Part shown: positions 9,139-19,327 of the stretch, one piece after another | Position numbering within the stretch: the stretch's first letter is position 1 | Layout: each line of letters begins with the position of its first letter | NCBI GenBank assembly: GCA_046300675.1 | Contig: JBKCLO010000103.1 | Coordinates: 1,903 to 65,902, forward strand | Direction: 5' to 3' | From: Ignavibacteria bacterium | GTDB taxonomy: Bacteria > Bacteroidota > Ignavibacteria > Kapaibacteriales > Kapaibacteriaceae | Length of the DNA stretch: 64,000 nt | The notes under the pieces: generated by a model | Seen by the model: the letters and a program-made list of their open reading frames with translations, nothing else | Database searches by the model: none | Told to the model about the DNA's origin: nothing | Made by a program: the position numbers and the translations under genes

Positions 9139-10989
9139 ATGAGTACAGCAACGCTTGAACATGCAGTAGATACTGCACATGATCACGGACATGAGCATCA
9201 TCATGATCTGCCGTGGTACCGCAAGTATGTTTTCTCGACCGACCACAAGGTAATCGCGAAGCAGTTTATGCTTTCTTCGCTGTTCTTCCTTTTTGTAGGC
9301 GGTGCATTTGCTCTGCTGATCCGTTGGCAGCTTGCCTATCCGGGGCAACCCATCCCGATTATCGGCTCGATCTTGCCCGATACATGGGTAACGGAGGCTG
9401 GCAGCGGCATTATCACGCCAGAGTTTTACGCTCAGCTCTTGACGATGCACGGCTCGATTATGATCTTCTTCGTGATCATCCCGTTTGCAGCCGGTATGTT
9501 CGGAAACTTCTGCATTCCGCTGATGATCGGAACAGACGACATGGCTCTGCCACGACTCAATATGTGGTCGTTCTGGTTGGTGCCGCCGGCAGGTTTGATC
9601 ATGATGGCAGGTTTCTTCACGCAGACTGGTTACGCAACTGCCGGTTGGACCAGTTATCCGCCCCTTTCGGCACAGATAGGCCTTGACAAGTTTACGTTCT
9701 CTGGTCAAACGCTCTGGACGATCAGCGTCTTTCTCGTTGGTTTCTCGTCGATCATGGGCGCCGTGAACTACGTATCAACAGTGCTCAACAAGCGCGCAAA
9801 GGGTATGAAGCTGTTCGACATGCCTCTTACTGTATGGGGCTTGTTCATTACCGCCATCCTTGTAACACTCGGAACGCCGGTACTTGCAGCTGGTCTTGCC
9901 ATGTTGTTCATGGACAACTTCCTGCACACAAGCTTCTTCCTTCCAGACAATCTCGTTACATCACAGAAGTACTTCGGTGGTGGCCAACCAGTGCTCTTCC
10001 AGCACGTGTTCTGGTTCTACTCACACCCAGCTGTGTACATCATGATTCTGCCGCTGATGGGTATCGTATCAGATGTTATGGCAACGTTCTCACGCAAGCC
10101 GGTCTACGGATATAAGGCCATGGTGTTTGCCATTGCAGGTATCGCCTTCCTTGGGTTTGTCGTGTGGGGACACCACATGTTTCAGTCGGGCATGAATCCA
10201 TTGCTCGGTACAACGTTCATGCTTTCAACGATCGTTATCGCTGTTCCTTCCTCAATCAAGGTGTTCAACTGGCTTGGCACGCTCTGGAAGGGTAACATCA
10301 AGTTCTCTACTGCCATGCTCAATGCGCTGGCATTCGTATCGATGTTCATCATCGGTGGTCTTTCGGGCGTGTTCATGGCATCTGCACCGGTTGATATCTA
10401 CATCCACGATACATACTTCATCGTTGCTCACATCCACTACGTGCTCTTTGGAGGTTCGCTCTTTGGAATCTTCGCTGGTATCTATTACTGGTATCCAAAG
10501 ATGTACGGTAAGATGCTCAACGAGCGTCTTGGACGTCAGCACTTCATCCTCACGTTCATCACCTTTAACGTGACATTCTTCCCGATGCACGTTCTTGGTC
10601 TTGGTGGACACATGCGTCGTATTTATGATCCAAACGTCTATGACTTCCTCAAGGGCTTGTCAGATGTCAATGAGATCATCACGATCGGCGCTATCGCACT
10701 TGGATTCTCGCAGCTCATTCTTGTTTTCAACGTTCTTTGGTCATTGAAGTTCGGCAAGAAGGCACCAAGAAACCCATGGCGTGCCAACTCACTCGAGTGG
10801 GCGGCTCCTGAGCATCCGGGCCATGGCAACTTTGATCGCGATATCACGGTGTACCGCGGGCCATACGAGTTCAGTGTCGAAGGCCGCAAGAGCGACTATT
10901 GGCCGCAGTGGGAGCCGGGTGCATCGAAGACCGTTAACCACAAGACCATCGCGCTGGAAGATGACACAAAGACCTTTGGCGCTCACTAA
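9139..10989 (+). CDS. coxA: Cytochrome c oxidase subunit I, type A2
   Basis: STDHKVI, HG, WFYSHPAVY (YS motif of A2 oxidases), WGHHMF, VAHIHY, RR pair. Confidence 0.97.
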   Translation: MSTATLEHAVDTAHDHGHEHHHDLPWYRKYVFSTDHKVIAKQFMLSSLFFLFVGGAFALLIRWQLAYPGQPIPIIGSILPDTWVTEAGSGIITPEFYAQLLTMHGSIMIFFVIIPFAAGMFGNFCIPLMIGTDDMALPRLNMWSFWLVPPAGLIMMAGFFTQTGYATAGWTSYPPLSAQIGLDKFTFSGQTLWTISVFLVGFSSIMGAVNYVSTVLNKRAKGMKLFDMPLTVWGLFITAILVTLGTPVLAAGLAMLFMDNFLHTSFFLPDNLVTSQKYFGGGQPVLFQHVFWFYSHPAVYIMILPLMGIVSDVMATFSRKPVYGYKAMVFAIAGIAFLGFVVWGHHMFQSGMNPLLGTTFMLSTIVIAVPSSIKVFNWLGTLWKGNIKFSTAMLNALAFVSMFIIGGLSGVFMASAPVDIYIHDTYFIVAHIHYVLFGGSLFGIFAGIYYWYPKMYGKMLNERLGRQHFILTFITFNVTFFPMHVLGLGGHMRRIYDPNVYDFLKGLSDVNEIITIGAIALGFSQLILVFNVLWSLKFGKKAPRNPWRANSLEWAAPEHPGHGNFDRDITVYRGPYEFSVEGRKSDYWPQWEPGASKTVNHKTIALEDDTKTFGAH

Positions 10990-11011
10990 GTAAGCCAAGC
11001 AGTTACCATTC

Positions 11012-12184
11012 ATGCTCCAAACATCGCAAGACAACAATGCACACAAGACGATCCATCGGATCGCCCTTGTGCTTTGCGTGCTCACGTTTGCGCTGATTGT
11101 ATGGGGTGGACATGTTAACACGACGCGCAGTGGTATGGCGTTTCCAGATTGGCCTACCTCCAACCTGGCGCCTATGGTAACGTATACCCCATCTGAATGG
11201 TTGTGGGCAAAGGATAAGTTTTGGGAGCATGGTCACCGTTTGTTTGCAAGTCTTGTCGGACTTGTGACGACTGTGCTTCTCTTGCTTGCATACCGCGCCA
11301 CGCCGAAGTCAGATAGACCAAACAAGGCTCTTATGGGCGTGGTTGGTGTAGTGTTCGCTACGATCGTTACGGCGATCTTCGGCATGAATGCTATGCCGGT
11401 AGGGATCATGGAAACCTTTATGATCGGACTTGGCATTCTTATGCTCGGATTCATCATTCGGTCTGCCAAAGCCTCCCATGAGCAGCGCCTTGTATGGCTT
11501 GCCATGTCTGCGTTTGTTGCGGTATGCCTACAGGGCTCATTCGGCGGATACACGGTTCGTAATAACCTGCCGGACTGGACTTCTACCACGCATGGTGTGC
11601 TTGCGGAACTGTTCTTTATGATCGTTCTGGGCATTACGCTTCTGACTTCCAGATCATGGAATTCGAAGGGCTCAACAAGTACCTTGAGCAGATCTGCTCT
11701 TGCTATTGTGGGCACAACCTGGGGGCTAACGTTCCTTCAGTTTGTCTTTGGAGCATTGACTCGCCATACGGACTCCTGGGGAGTGAGCAACGTATTCCCG
11801 GCATGGAGCGAAGAAGGCTTCTTACCAACAGCAGATTTATGGCAGTATCCGCAAGTCGTGATACACTTTGTGCATCGCACGACAGCCTATCTCGTGGCAT
11901 GCATGATCATTGTGCAAGCTGTTGTACTCAACAAGTATCGTCAGAATGCTATCCTCTCTACGGCAACGATTCTGGGAGTACTCCTTGTAGTTGTGCAGAT
12001 AGCACTTGGTGCAGGTATTGTGTGGACAGCGCGTGGGGAGCTTGTTACAACGTTGCACGTTATGGTTGGAGTGTTGTTGCTCGTAACCAACAACATCATC
12101 ATGTTTACGGCCTTCAGGGCCCCTGTGGCGCATGCTCAGCACGAATCATCTCATGACATTCTCCATGCAGGAGGGCAGTCGTAG
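11012..12184 (+). CDS. ctaA: Heme A synthase (COX15/CtaA family)
   Basis: SGMAFPDWP, EHGHR, HFVHR, further conserved His in helices; position in the cox operon. Confidence 0.88.
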   Translation: MLQTSQDNNAHKTIHRIALVLCVLTFALIVWGGHVNTTRSGMAFPDWPTSNLAPMVTYTPSEWLWAKDKFWEHGHRLFASLVGLVTTVLLLLAYRATPKSDRPNKALMGVVGVVFATIVTAIFGMNAMPVGIMETFMIGLGILMLGFIIRSAKASHEQRLVWLAMSAFVAVCLQGSFGGYTVRNNLPDWTSTTHGVLAELFFMIVLGITLLTSRSWNSKGSTSTLSRSALAIVGTTWGLTFLQFVFGALTRHTDSWGVSNVFPAWSEEGFLPTADLWQYPQVVIHFVHRTTAYLVACMIIVQAVVLNKYRQNAILSTATILGVLLVVVQIALGAGIVWTARGELVTTLHVMVGVLLLVTNNIIMFTAFRAPVAHAQHESSHDILHAGGQS

Positions 12185-13105
12185 ATGTCAACAAATAAGC
12201 ACCAAGCAGCGATCGACGCACCAATGGAACAGGCTTCATCATTGATCGCTCAGTATTACGAGTTAACAAAACCAGGCATCAGCAAGATGGTCATGATGAC
12301 CACGTTAGCTGGATACTACCTGGCTATCCCAAGTCACGCATCGATCTTTGATCCCTCTGTAGCAACATTGCTTGCTGTGACCATTCTTGGAACGCTTCTG
12401 ATAAGCAGTGGCAGTTGTGTGGCCAATCATATCATGGAACGCGATGTTGATGCGCGCATGAAGCGCACATCTGCTCGCCCCATACCAGCAGGAACTATCA
12501 GCATAAAAAATGCAGTGGCTTTTTCTGCAGTACTTACGATTTCTGGAGCCGTCCTGCTGTCAATGGTCAATACGCTAACGCTTGTATTGGCACTGATCAC
12601 GTGGATCGTGTATGTCCTGGTCTACACACCGATGAAGACAAGGTCTTCCTTGGCTGTGATTGTTGGCGGAGTGCCGGGGGCACTGCCCTTTATGGGTGGC
12701 TGGACAGCATGTACCGGCTCGCTTGATGCAATGGCATGGGTACTGTTTGCAATTCTCTTCTTCTGGCAGCTGCCGCACTTCTATGCGTTGTCATGGATGT
12801 ATCGCACTGATTATAGGGAAGGGGGCATGGTACTGCGTGCTATCAACGACGACTCCGGAAGGATCCTTGCGCTGCAGATGATAGTGACAAGCATACTCAC
12901 ACTGTTGGCGGCAACGCTGCCTACGCTGCTCGGTAGTACCGGTTTGCTGTATCTGATCGGTGCATCAGTACTTGGACTCTACCTTACAATGCAGAGCGTG
13001 GTCTTTTACCGGAATCCCGATGCCGTATCTGCACGCAAGGTGCTACTTTCTTCGTATGCTGTCCTGATGGGCATCATCATACTCATGTTTATCGACAAAC
13101 AATGA
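12185..13105 (+). CDS. ctaB: Protoheme IX farnesyltransferase (heme O synthase)
   Basis: LTKP, ERDVDARMKRTSARP, YTPMK, FWQLPHF. Confidence 0.95.
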   Translation: MSTNKHQAAIDAPMEQASSLIAQYYELTKPGISKMVMMTTLAGYYLAIPSHASIFDPSVATLLAVTILGTLLISSGSCVANHIMERDVDARMKRTSARPIPAGTISIKNAVAFSAVLTISGAVLLSMVNTLTLVLALITWIVYVLVYTPMKTRSSLAVIVGGVPGALPFMGGWTACTGSLDAMAWVLFAILFFWQLPHFYALSWMYRTDYREGGMVLRAINDDSGRILALQMIVTSILTLLAATLPTLLGSTGLLYLIGASVLGLYLTMQSVVFYRNPDAVSARKVLLSSYAVLMGIIILMFIDKQ

Positions 13106-13124
13106 TTACTTCAAGGGTGGACAT

Positions 13125-13724
13125 ATGTCAGCAGCGCTGAACCTATCACACGAGCCAGTTACCAAGATCCCTAATGGCAAGGTTGCCATGTGGGCATTTC
13201 TTGCATCTGAGCTGATGTTCTTCTCGGGTTTCTTTGGAACATTCATCGTTCTGCGAAACACGAACTATCAAGCATTCTTTGATGCATCGCATCACTTGAA
13301 CTGGGTGTTGGCATTGGTCAATACGTTCATCCTTATTGGAAGCTCATTGACGATGGCCATGGCCATATACAAGCTTGAGCGCAAGGAGAACGGACCGTTC
13401 CAAGTATATCTTGGTCTTACGATCCTGGGTGCGTTTGGCTTTTTGATCGTGAAGTTCTTTGAATACAGTGCAAAGTGGCACGACGGGTTGTTCCCAAGTC
13501 AGGAAAACCACACACTGTTTTATTCATTCTACTTTCTGATGACGGGTTTTCACGCGCTGCACGTTATCGGAGGCATGATCCCGATGTTGTTCATGCTCTT
13601 TAAGTCGTTCACGAAGAAGGGATATCCATATCCTGTCAAGGTTGAGACACTCGGTCTGTACTGGCACTTTGTGGATCTTATGTGGATCTTCATTTTCCCA
13701 GCATTGTATCTCATCTTCCCATAA
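13125..13724 (+). CDS. coxC: Cytochrome c oxidase subunit III (short form)
   Basis: MWAFLASELMFF, TGFHALHV, GLYWHFVDLMW. Confidence 0.93.
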   Translation: MSAALNLSHEPVTKIPNGKVAMWAFLASELMFFSGFFGTFIVLRNTNYQAFFDASHHLNWVLALVNTFILIGSSLTMAMAIYKLERKENGPFQVYLGLTILGAFGFLIVKFFEYSAKWHDGLFPSQENHTLFYSFYFLMTGFHALHVIGGMIPMLFMLFKSFTKKGYPYPVKVETLGLYWHFVDLMWIFIFPALYLIFP

Positions 13725-13764
13725 TTCAGCAACCAAGCCTAACGACATTAGAAGGACACGATCT

Positions 13765-14154
13765 ATGAGTCACGATCACGGAAACATCCTGCCTTCGTAT
13801 ATGAAGGTTTTCTTTACGCTCTGTGCGATGACGCTTCTGACAGTGGCGGCTGCAAAGCTTGTTCACTTTCCGGATATGCTCTTCATTCCGGGATATGCAG
13901 TCAACATTGCAGTCGGTTTGGCAATTGCCGTCTTCAAGGTCATCTGCGTTATGTACATCTTTATGCACTTGAAGTTCGACAACCCAATGCTTCGCTTCTT
14001 CGTATACGTGCCTGTGTTCCTGTTCTTTGTGATGTCCTTCGGATTGAATCTGGAGTTCGGCAACACAGTCTCGAACAACAAGGTAACGCGCACTGTCTAT
14101 GAGCAGATGAATCCGAATGCGCACCACGGTGGAAGTCACGGAGCAGGGCACTAA
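13765..14154 (+). CDS. Cytochrome c oxidase subunit IV family protein
   Basis: YMKVF..L..TLLTV, K..vMYIFMHLKFD; start moved to ATG 13765 after aagga. Confidence 0.85.
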   Translation: MSHDHGNILPSYMKVFFTLCAMTLLTVAAAKLVHFPDMLFIPGYAVNIAVGLAIAVFKVICVMYIFMHLKFDNPMLRFFVYVPVFLFFVMSFGLNLEFGNTVSNNKVTRTVYEQMNPNAHHGGSHGAGH

Positions 14155-14165
14155 GTCTTAGCATC

Positions 14166-14744
14166 ATGCGATCTGCGCCCACACTCATACTCGTACTCGT
14201 ACTAAGCATCGCGCTGATGTCTTGCTCAACCAAGCAAGATGCCGGCAGCGCAGACGTATCGTCTATTGATACGTTGCCAAAGTTGCGAACGGTATCGGCC
14301 TTTACCGGTGTGGATCAGAACAACGACCGCTTTGATGCAGGCAAGATGTCTGGTAAGGTGTGGATCGCTTCGTTCTTCTTTAGCAGATGTGGCACCGTAT
14401 GTCCGGCTCTCAATTCCGTGTTGGCAGGATTGCAGAGAGACTTCGGCGACAGTGTTTCGTTTGTCTCACTTACGTCTGATCCTGAATACGACACACCCGA
14501 AGTGATGAAGGAATATGCGCAGCAATACAGCGCAAAGCCGGGTGTCTGGTTCTTTGTTACAATGCCGCTTGATTCCATGATCAGCGTTGCATCGCGTGAT
14601 CTGGGTCTTGTTGAACCAACTGCGCCCGATATTCACTCGACACGATTTGTGTTGATCGACAAAACCATGACCGTGCGTGGCTTCTATGACAGCGCAGACA
14701 CGGCTGATGTTTCTCAACTGCGTACCATTCTAAGGGCACTGTAA
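14166..14744 (+). CDS. SCO family copper chaperone, lipoprotein
   Basis: FFSRCGTVCP (CxxxC), DPEYDTP, HSTRFVLID; signal peptide ending in Cys. Confidence 0.92.
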   Translation: MRSAPTLILVLVLSIALMSCSTKQDAGSADVSSIDTLPKLRTVSAFTGVDQNNDRFDAGKMSGKVWIASFFFSRCGTVCPALNSVLAGLQRDFGDSVSFVSLTSDPEYDTPEVMKEYAQQYSAKPGVWFFVTMPLDSMISVASRDLGLVEPTAPDIHSTRFVLIDKTMTVRGFYDSADTADVSQLRTILRAL

Positions 14745-15190
14745 TGACGTTCGATCAGCTACCAGCCCTAAACGCAATGCTCAATGCTCTGAGCACGATT
14801 CTGCTGTTGCGTGGTTTCTCACTAATCAGGGCTAAGCAGATTGAGCAACACAGGCGATTCATGATCGCTGCATTTGTTGTTTCGATCGTCTTTCTTGCAT
14901 GCTACCTGCTGCATAAATGGCATTTGTATACCACCACTGGTGCATACAACACAACATTCTCGGGAACCGGAGTTTGGCGGGTGCTTTACTTGGTTCTTTT
15001 GTTCACGCACGTCACGCTTGCTGCGACCGTCCCAGTGCTTGCACTGATAACGATCAACAGGGGGCTTAACATGCGCGTAGAATTACACAAGAAAATCGCA
15101 AAGATCACGCTGCCTATATGGCTGTATGTATCTGTAACTGGGGTGATCGTCTACTTTATGTTGTACCAATGGTTTCCAGCAGCGGTATGA
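14744..15190 (+). CDS. DUF420 family membrane protein (CtaM-like oxidase assembly factor)
   Basis: LPALNAMLN, HRRFMIAAF, HKKIAKITLPIWLYVSVTGVIVY. Confidence 0.9.
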   Translation: MTFDQLPALNAMLNALSTILLLRGFSLIRAKQIEQHRRFMIAAFVVSIVFLACYLLHKWHLYTTTGAYNTTFSGTGVWRVLYLVLLFTHVTLAATVPVLALITINRGLNMRVELHKKIAKITLPIWLYVSVTGVIVYFMLYQWFPAAV

Positions 15191-15423
15191 AAAAGTTGAT
15201 GATCATGTTTGGTCTTTTGCTGACGCTCCTATCGGGGTCATTGACTGCCTGTCCTGCTTGTAAGGACAGCTTTGGTGCAAACGGGGCTAATGCAAGCGTA
15301 GGGGATGCGTACTCATGGTCCGTCCTGTTCATGCTGAGTGTACCACTAACGATTCTTACGGTCGCAATCGTGCTTGTAGCGCGAAAGATCAGACAGAATC
15401 CTAACAGTGCACCAACAATGTGA
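15187..15423 (+). CDS. Small membrane protein with CxxC (78 aa)
   Basis: ATGA overlap with DUF420; signal peptide, LTA-CPAC, then one TM helix. Confidence 0.7.
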   Translation: MKKLMIMFGLLLTLLSGSLTACPACKDSFGANGANASVGDAYSWSVLFMLSVPLTILTVAIVLVARKIRQNPNSAPTM

Positions 15424-15455
15424 ACAATGATGTGATGTAGGTTCGTGATGAGCGG

Positions 15456-15463
15456 TATATTTG
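15456..15463 (+). promoter_or_regulatory. TAnnTTTG promoter motif upstream of actA
   Basis: TATATTTG in the intergenic gap before actA. Confidence 0.55.
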
Positions 15464-15490
15464 CATGACATATCTAGGTGAGGGTTGCGA

Positions 15491-16240
15491 ATGTTTTCAC
15501 GCAAGTTTGACAAGGGGGTTAAGACGGGCGGGGCTATTGTAGGTGCCGTTGCAGCCGTCCTCTTCCTTGTAGGCTATTTTGGGTTCCGGAACAGTTTTGC
15601 CGACGTCGGGTATCGTCCGGAACAACCAGTACCATTCTCGCATAAGCTCCATGCAGGCGAGCTCAAGATCCACTGTCAGTATTGCCATGCAGGCGTTGAA
15701 AAGTCTGCGCACTCACCAGTGCCGACAACACAAACCTGTATGAACTGTCACACGGCGGTCAAGGCTGAATCACCGAAGCTACAGCTTGTGCGTGATTCGT
15801 ATGAGTCTGGTAAGCCGATCGAGTGGGTGCGCATACACAAGGTGCCTGACTACGCCCACTTTAACCACAGCCGTCACATTCGCGCGCAGATCGACTGTCA
15901 GTCGTGCCACGGCAACATCGAGCAGATGGGCGTCGTTTCGCAATACAAGCCCCTTTCCATGGGATGGTGTTTGGATTGCCACCGCGCTCCGGACAAGAAC
16001 ATCGTGGGTGCTCGTCCGATCTCTGGTGTCTTTACCGGTAAGATGCACAAGATGAAAAATCTGCTTGACAGCAGCTATATCTTCACTCCGATTGCTGCGC
16101 AGGTTGGTACATCAACACCGCTTACGTCTCCTCAGTTCGGTGGTTATCAATCAGAGGTTCCTAAGGTTCAGGTTGCCGGTATTCCGCATCCGAAGAAGGC
16201 TGGTATTGGACCAGAGAACTGTTCGGCATGTCACTATTGA
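15491..16240 (+). CDS. actA: Alternative complex III pentaheme cytochrome c subunit ActA
   Basis: N-terminal TM helix, PEQPVPFSHKLHAG, five CxxCH (CQYCH, CMNCH, CQSCH, CLDCH, CSACH); start ATG 15491 or TTG 15485. Confidence 0.92.
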   Translation: MFSRKFDKGVKTGGAIVGAVAAVLFLVGYFGFRNSFADVGYRPEQPVPFSHKLHAGELKIHCQYCHAGVEKSAHSPVPTTQTCMNCHTAVKAESPKLQLVRDSYESGKPIEWVRIHKVPDYAHFNHSRHIRAQIDCQSCHGNIEQMGVVSQYKPLSMGWCLDCHRAPDKNIVGARPISGVFTGKMHKMKNLLDSSYIFTPIAAQVGTSTPLTSPQFGGYQSEVPKVQVAGIPHPKKAGIGPENCSACHY

Positions 16241-16290
16241 TAGTGACGCACTTCACATTCGAAACACGATCTTCCTTTTAAGGTTCGCAT

Positions 16291-19272
16291 ATGTCTGATC
16301 GTTCACTCCACGCTTCAAACTCTACACCGTGGAAGAGCATTGATGGTCTCGCCCAAGGTACGAGCGAGTCATCCGAGTTCGCTCCTGGAACAACAACCAA
16401 TGCCATCACCGATTCTACGGTCTCGCGTCGTGGCTTCATGGCGTTGGTGTCCGCATCGATGGCTCTTACAGCCGCGGCATGCCGCAGGCCTGAGCAAAAG
16501 CTTGTGCCATCGGTGAAGTCGCTGCAAAACGCCACGCCAGGTCTTCCGATGTATTACGCTTCAGTGTATGCGCATCGCAACGTGGCCTATGGAGCGGTCA
16601 TCAAAACACGCGAAGGACGTCCGATCAAGGTCAAGGGTAACGAACAACACCCTGTGAACTGCGGCACAGCCAACGCAGAAATGCAGGCTTCGCTGCTGTC
16701 GCTGTACGACCCGGATCGTATCAGGCGCGCTAAGATCGAAGGCTCACAGGTAACCTATGATGCTGCAGTATCAAAGATCTCCACTGCAATTGGCGAGGCA
16801 CAATCTGCGGGAAAGAAGACGGTAATCTTTATCGACGAACATTGCTCGCCGTCATACACACAATTGCTCAATGACTTTGTTGCCTCGGTTCCAAGCGCCA
16901 GTGTAGTTTATCTACCGGCGATTTCGCACGACAGTTCCGCACTGGCAGCGCGTGCGGTGATCGGGGTTGATGGACAGATCGTCCCAGACCTTGGCAAGGC
17001 ATCGGTGATTGTAAGTGTCGAGAGCGATTTCTTAGGCACCGATCCGCTTGCCGTTTACCACACAGGACGTTTTGCCGCAAGGCGCACGCCATCGAAGGAA
17101 CAGCCGTCGATGTCGCACCTTACGGTGGTCGAGTCGACCTATTCAACAACAGGAATGAATGCTGACGTGCGCGTGCGCACGTCTCCGTCAGACATTGAGA
17201 CATTCATCACCGAGCTTTTGAGCGCCGTCAAGGGCGGGGCCTCATCTAACAAGCAGGCTGCTTCGGCCGCTGCTCGACTCAAAAAGGCTGGCACAAGTGG
17301 CGTTGTCCTTGCAGGACCGCATCTATCACCAAAGGCTCAAGCGCTGGCTATGCTGGTAAACCTTGAACTGGGTTGTGTTGGTGATGACAACATCCTTGAT
17401 CCAAAGAATACACTGCCGAACTCGGGAGAAAAGGCAACAGCACTCAATGCTGCAATGGCAGAGATTGAAGCGGGCAACGTACATGTTGCGCTCTTTATGG
17501 ACGTCAATCCAGAGTACAGTGCATCGCGTGCCATCAAGTCTGCATTGGTAAAGAAGGTTAAGGTACGCGCTGCAGTTAATCTGTACGAAGACGAGACTGC
17601 GGCCATCTGTGATGTTAGCATCCCAGCTGCACATTGGCTTGAGTCATGGGGCACAGCAGTTGCCTTCGACGGTACGTTCAGCGTGCAGCAGCCAATGATT
17701 GCACCGATGTGTGATGGAATCCCGTCGATGCAGGACACATTGATCGCTGTTGGCAAGAAGCTCAATGCTGCGTTCTTAGGCGAGACGGCAACATATAGTG
17801 ACTATGTCAAGAGTATGGTTGCGGCTGTTTATCCGACGGCCACATGGAATCAGGTTTTGCAGGACGGAATCATTGCAGCAGGATCCCGCACAAGCCTCAT
17901 CCTGGGTGTCGACCTCGATGCCCCCGGCAAGCTTGCAGGTGCGCAAACATCTGACCTCTACATGCTGACGCTTCCATCGTCAGCACTCTACGATGGCAAG
18001 TATGCCAACAACGGTTGGTTGCAGGAGCTTCCTGACCCGGTAACAAAGGTTACGTGGGATAACGTAGCCCTGATCAGTCCGAAGAAGGCAGAAGAGCTTG
18101 GACTGACCACAGATCGTAACGATCCTGGCGCGCTGGTCAAAGCCAATGAGCGCGTGATCACAATCACAACACAGAACGGCAGCATCGAATTGCCTGTTCT
18201 TGTGCAGCCTGGTTTGGCCGACAACGTGATCGTAACACAACTTGGGTATGGTCGTGCAAGTGCCGGAACGATTGGCAACAACGTTGGTGCAAATGCATTT
18301 ACGCTCGGTACGCCGGGATACATCGCGTTGCGCAGTGGTTCGGTTACTGTAACCGATGAACGCCGTAAGGTTGCGACCACACAGAATCATCACTCGCTCT
18401 CTGAGAAGCCCGGTGATGAAGAGAATGCGCGTAACGTTGCGCGTTCGCTCAAATTGAGCGATATAAGCAAGGGCAATTTTGAGGGTGTAGACAACGAATA
18501 CATCAGCGAAGGCAAGGACGGACGCTACAACAAGCCCCTTTCAATCGTAAACGAATATGAATACAAGGGACATCGTTGGGGAATGGTCATTGACATGAGC
18601 GCCTGCACAGGATGCTCGTCGTGTATCGTTGCCTGCCAGAGCGAGAACAACATCCCTGTTGTTGGTAAGCAGCAGGTGGCTCTTGGGCGCGAGATGCATT
18701 GGATTCGTCTCGATCGTTACTATACGGGGTCTGTAGACGAGCCAACGGGCGCCATACTTGAGCCGATGCTGTGCCAGCACTGCGAAAACGCTCCATGCGA
18801 GAATGTTTGTCCGGTTGCTGCCACAACGCACTCACCTGAAGGTTTGAACGAGATGACGTACAACCGCTGTGTTGGTACGCGCTACTGCTTGAACAACTGT
18901 CCGTACAAGGTGCGCCGTTTCAACTTCTTGAACTACAAGGACGAGCGTCAGCCTCTTGATCTGGTCTTCAACCCTGAAGTATCTGGTCGTATGCGCGGTA
19001 TCATGGAAAAGTGCACCTTCTGCGTTCAGCGTCTGCACGAAGCCAAGTGGCATGCGCGCGATAACGGACGTTCGCGCATCCTTGATGGTGAAGCAGTTAC
19101 AGCATGCCAAGAGGCATGTCCTGCAAGTGCGATCATCTTTGGTGATATGAATGATGCAAAGAGTCGGGTTGCAGTTGCTCGCCAGAACGAGCGTGGCTTC
19201 CACGTTCTTGCAGAGATCAACACACGTCCATCGGTAACGTATTTGGCCAAGGTCGTAAACGACGTTGCCTGA
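16291..19272 (+). CDS. actB: Alternative complex III subunit ActB (Tat-exported molybdopterin-oxidoreductase-like domain + Fe-S domain)
   Basis: SRRGFM Tat motif with AAAC lipobox, REGRPIKV, NNGWLQELPDP, C-terminal CTGCSSC / CQHCENAPC / CVGTRYC / CTFC clusters. Confidence 0.94.
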   Translation: MSDRSLHASNSTPWKSIDGLAQGTSESSEFAPGTTTNAITDSTVSRRGFMALVSASMALTAAACRRPEQKLVPSVKSLQNATPGLPMYYASVYAHRNVAYGAVIKTREGRPIKVKGNEQHPVNCGTANAEMQASLLSLYDPDRIRRAKIEGSQVTYDAAVSKISTAIGEAQSAGKKTVIFIDEHCSPSYTQLLNDFVASVPSASVVYLPAISHDSSALAARAVIGVDGQIVPDLGKASVIVSVESDFLGTDPLAVYHTGRFAARRTPSKEQPSMSHLTVVESTYSTTGMNADVRVRTSPSDIETFITELLSAVKGGASSNKQAASAAARLKKAGTSGVVLAGPHLSPKAQALAMLVNLELGCVGDDNILDPKNTLPNSGEKATALNAAMAEIEAGNVHVALFMDVNPEYSASRAIKSALVKKVKVRAAVNLYEDETAAICDVSIPAAHWLESWGTAVAFDGTFSVQQPMIAPMCDGIPSMQDTLIAVGKKLNAAFLGETATYSDYVKSMVAAVYPTATWNQVLQDGIIAAGSRTSLILGVDLDAPGKLAGAQTSDLYMLTLPSSALYDGKYANNGWLQELPDPVTKVTWDNVALISPKKAEELGLTTDRNDPGALVKANERVITITTQNGSIELPVLVQPGLADNVIVTQLGYGRASAGTIGNNVGANAFTLGTPGYIALRSGSVTVTDERRKVATTQNHHSLSEKPGDEENARNVARSLKLSDISKGNFEGVDNEYISEGKDGRYNKPLSIVNEYEYKGHRWGMVIDMSACTGCSSCIVACQSENNIPVVGKQQVALGREMHWIRLDRYYTGSVDEPTGAILEPMLCQHCENAPCENVCPVAATTHSPEGLNEMTYNRCVGTRYCLNNCPYKVRRFNFLNYKDERQPLDLVFNPEVSGRMRGIMEKCTFCVQRLHEAKWHARDNGRSRILDGEAVTACQEACPASAIIFGDMNDAKSRVAVARQNERGFHVLAEINTRPSVTYLAKVVNDVA

Positions 19273-19327
19273 TACACTCACGAAGAAATTTTTAGTACAT
19301 CGAACGAAACACTGACGGGAACCAAAC

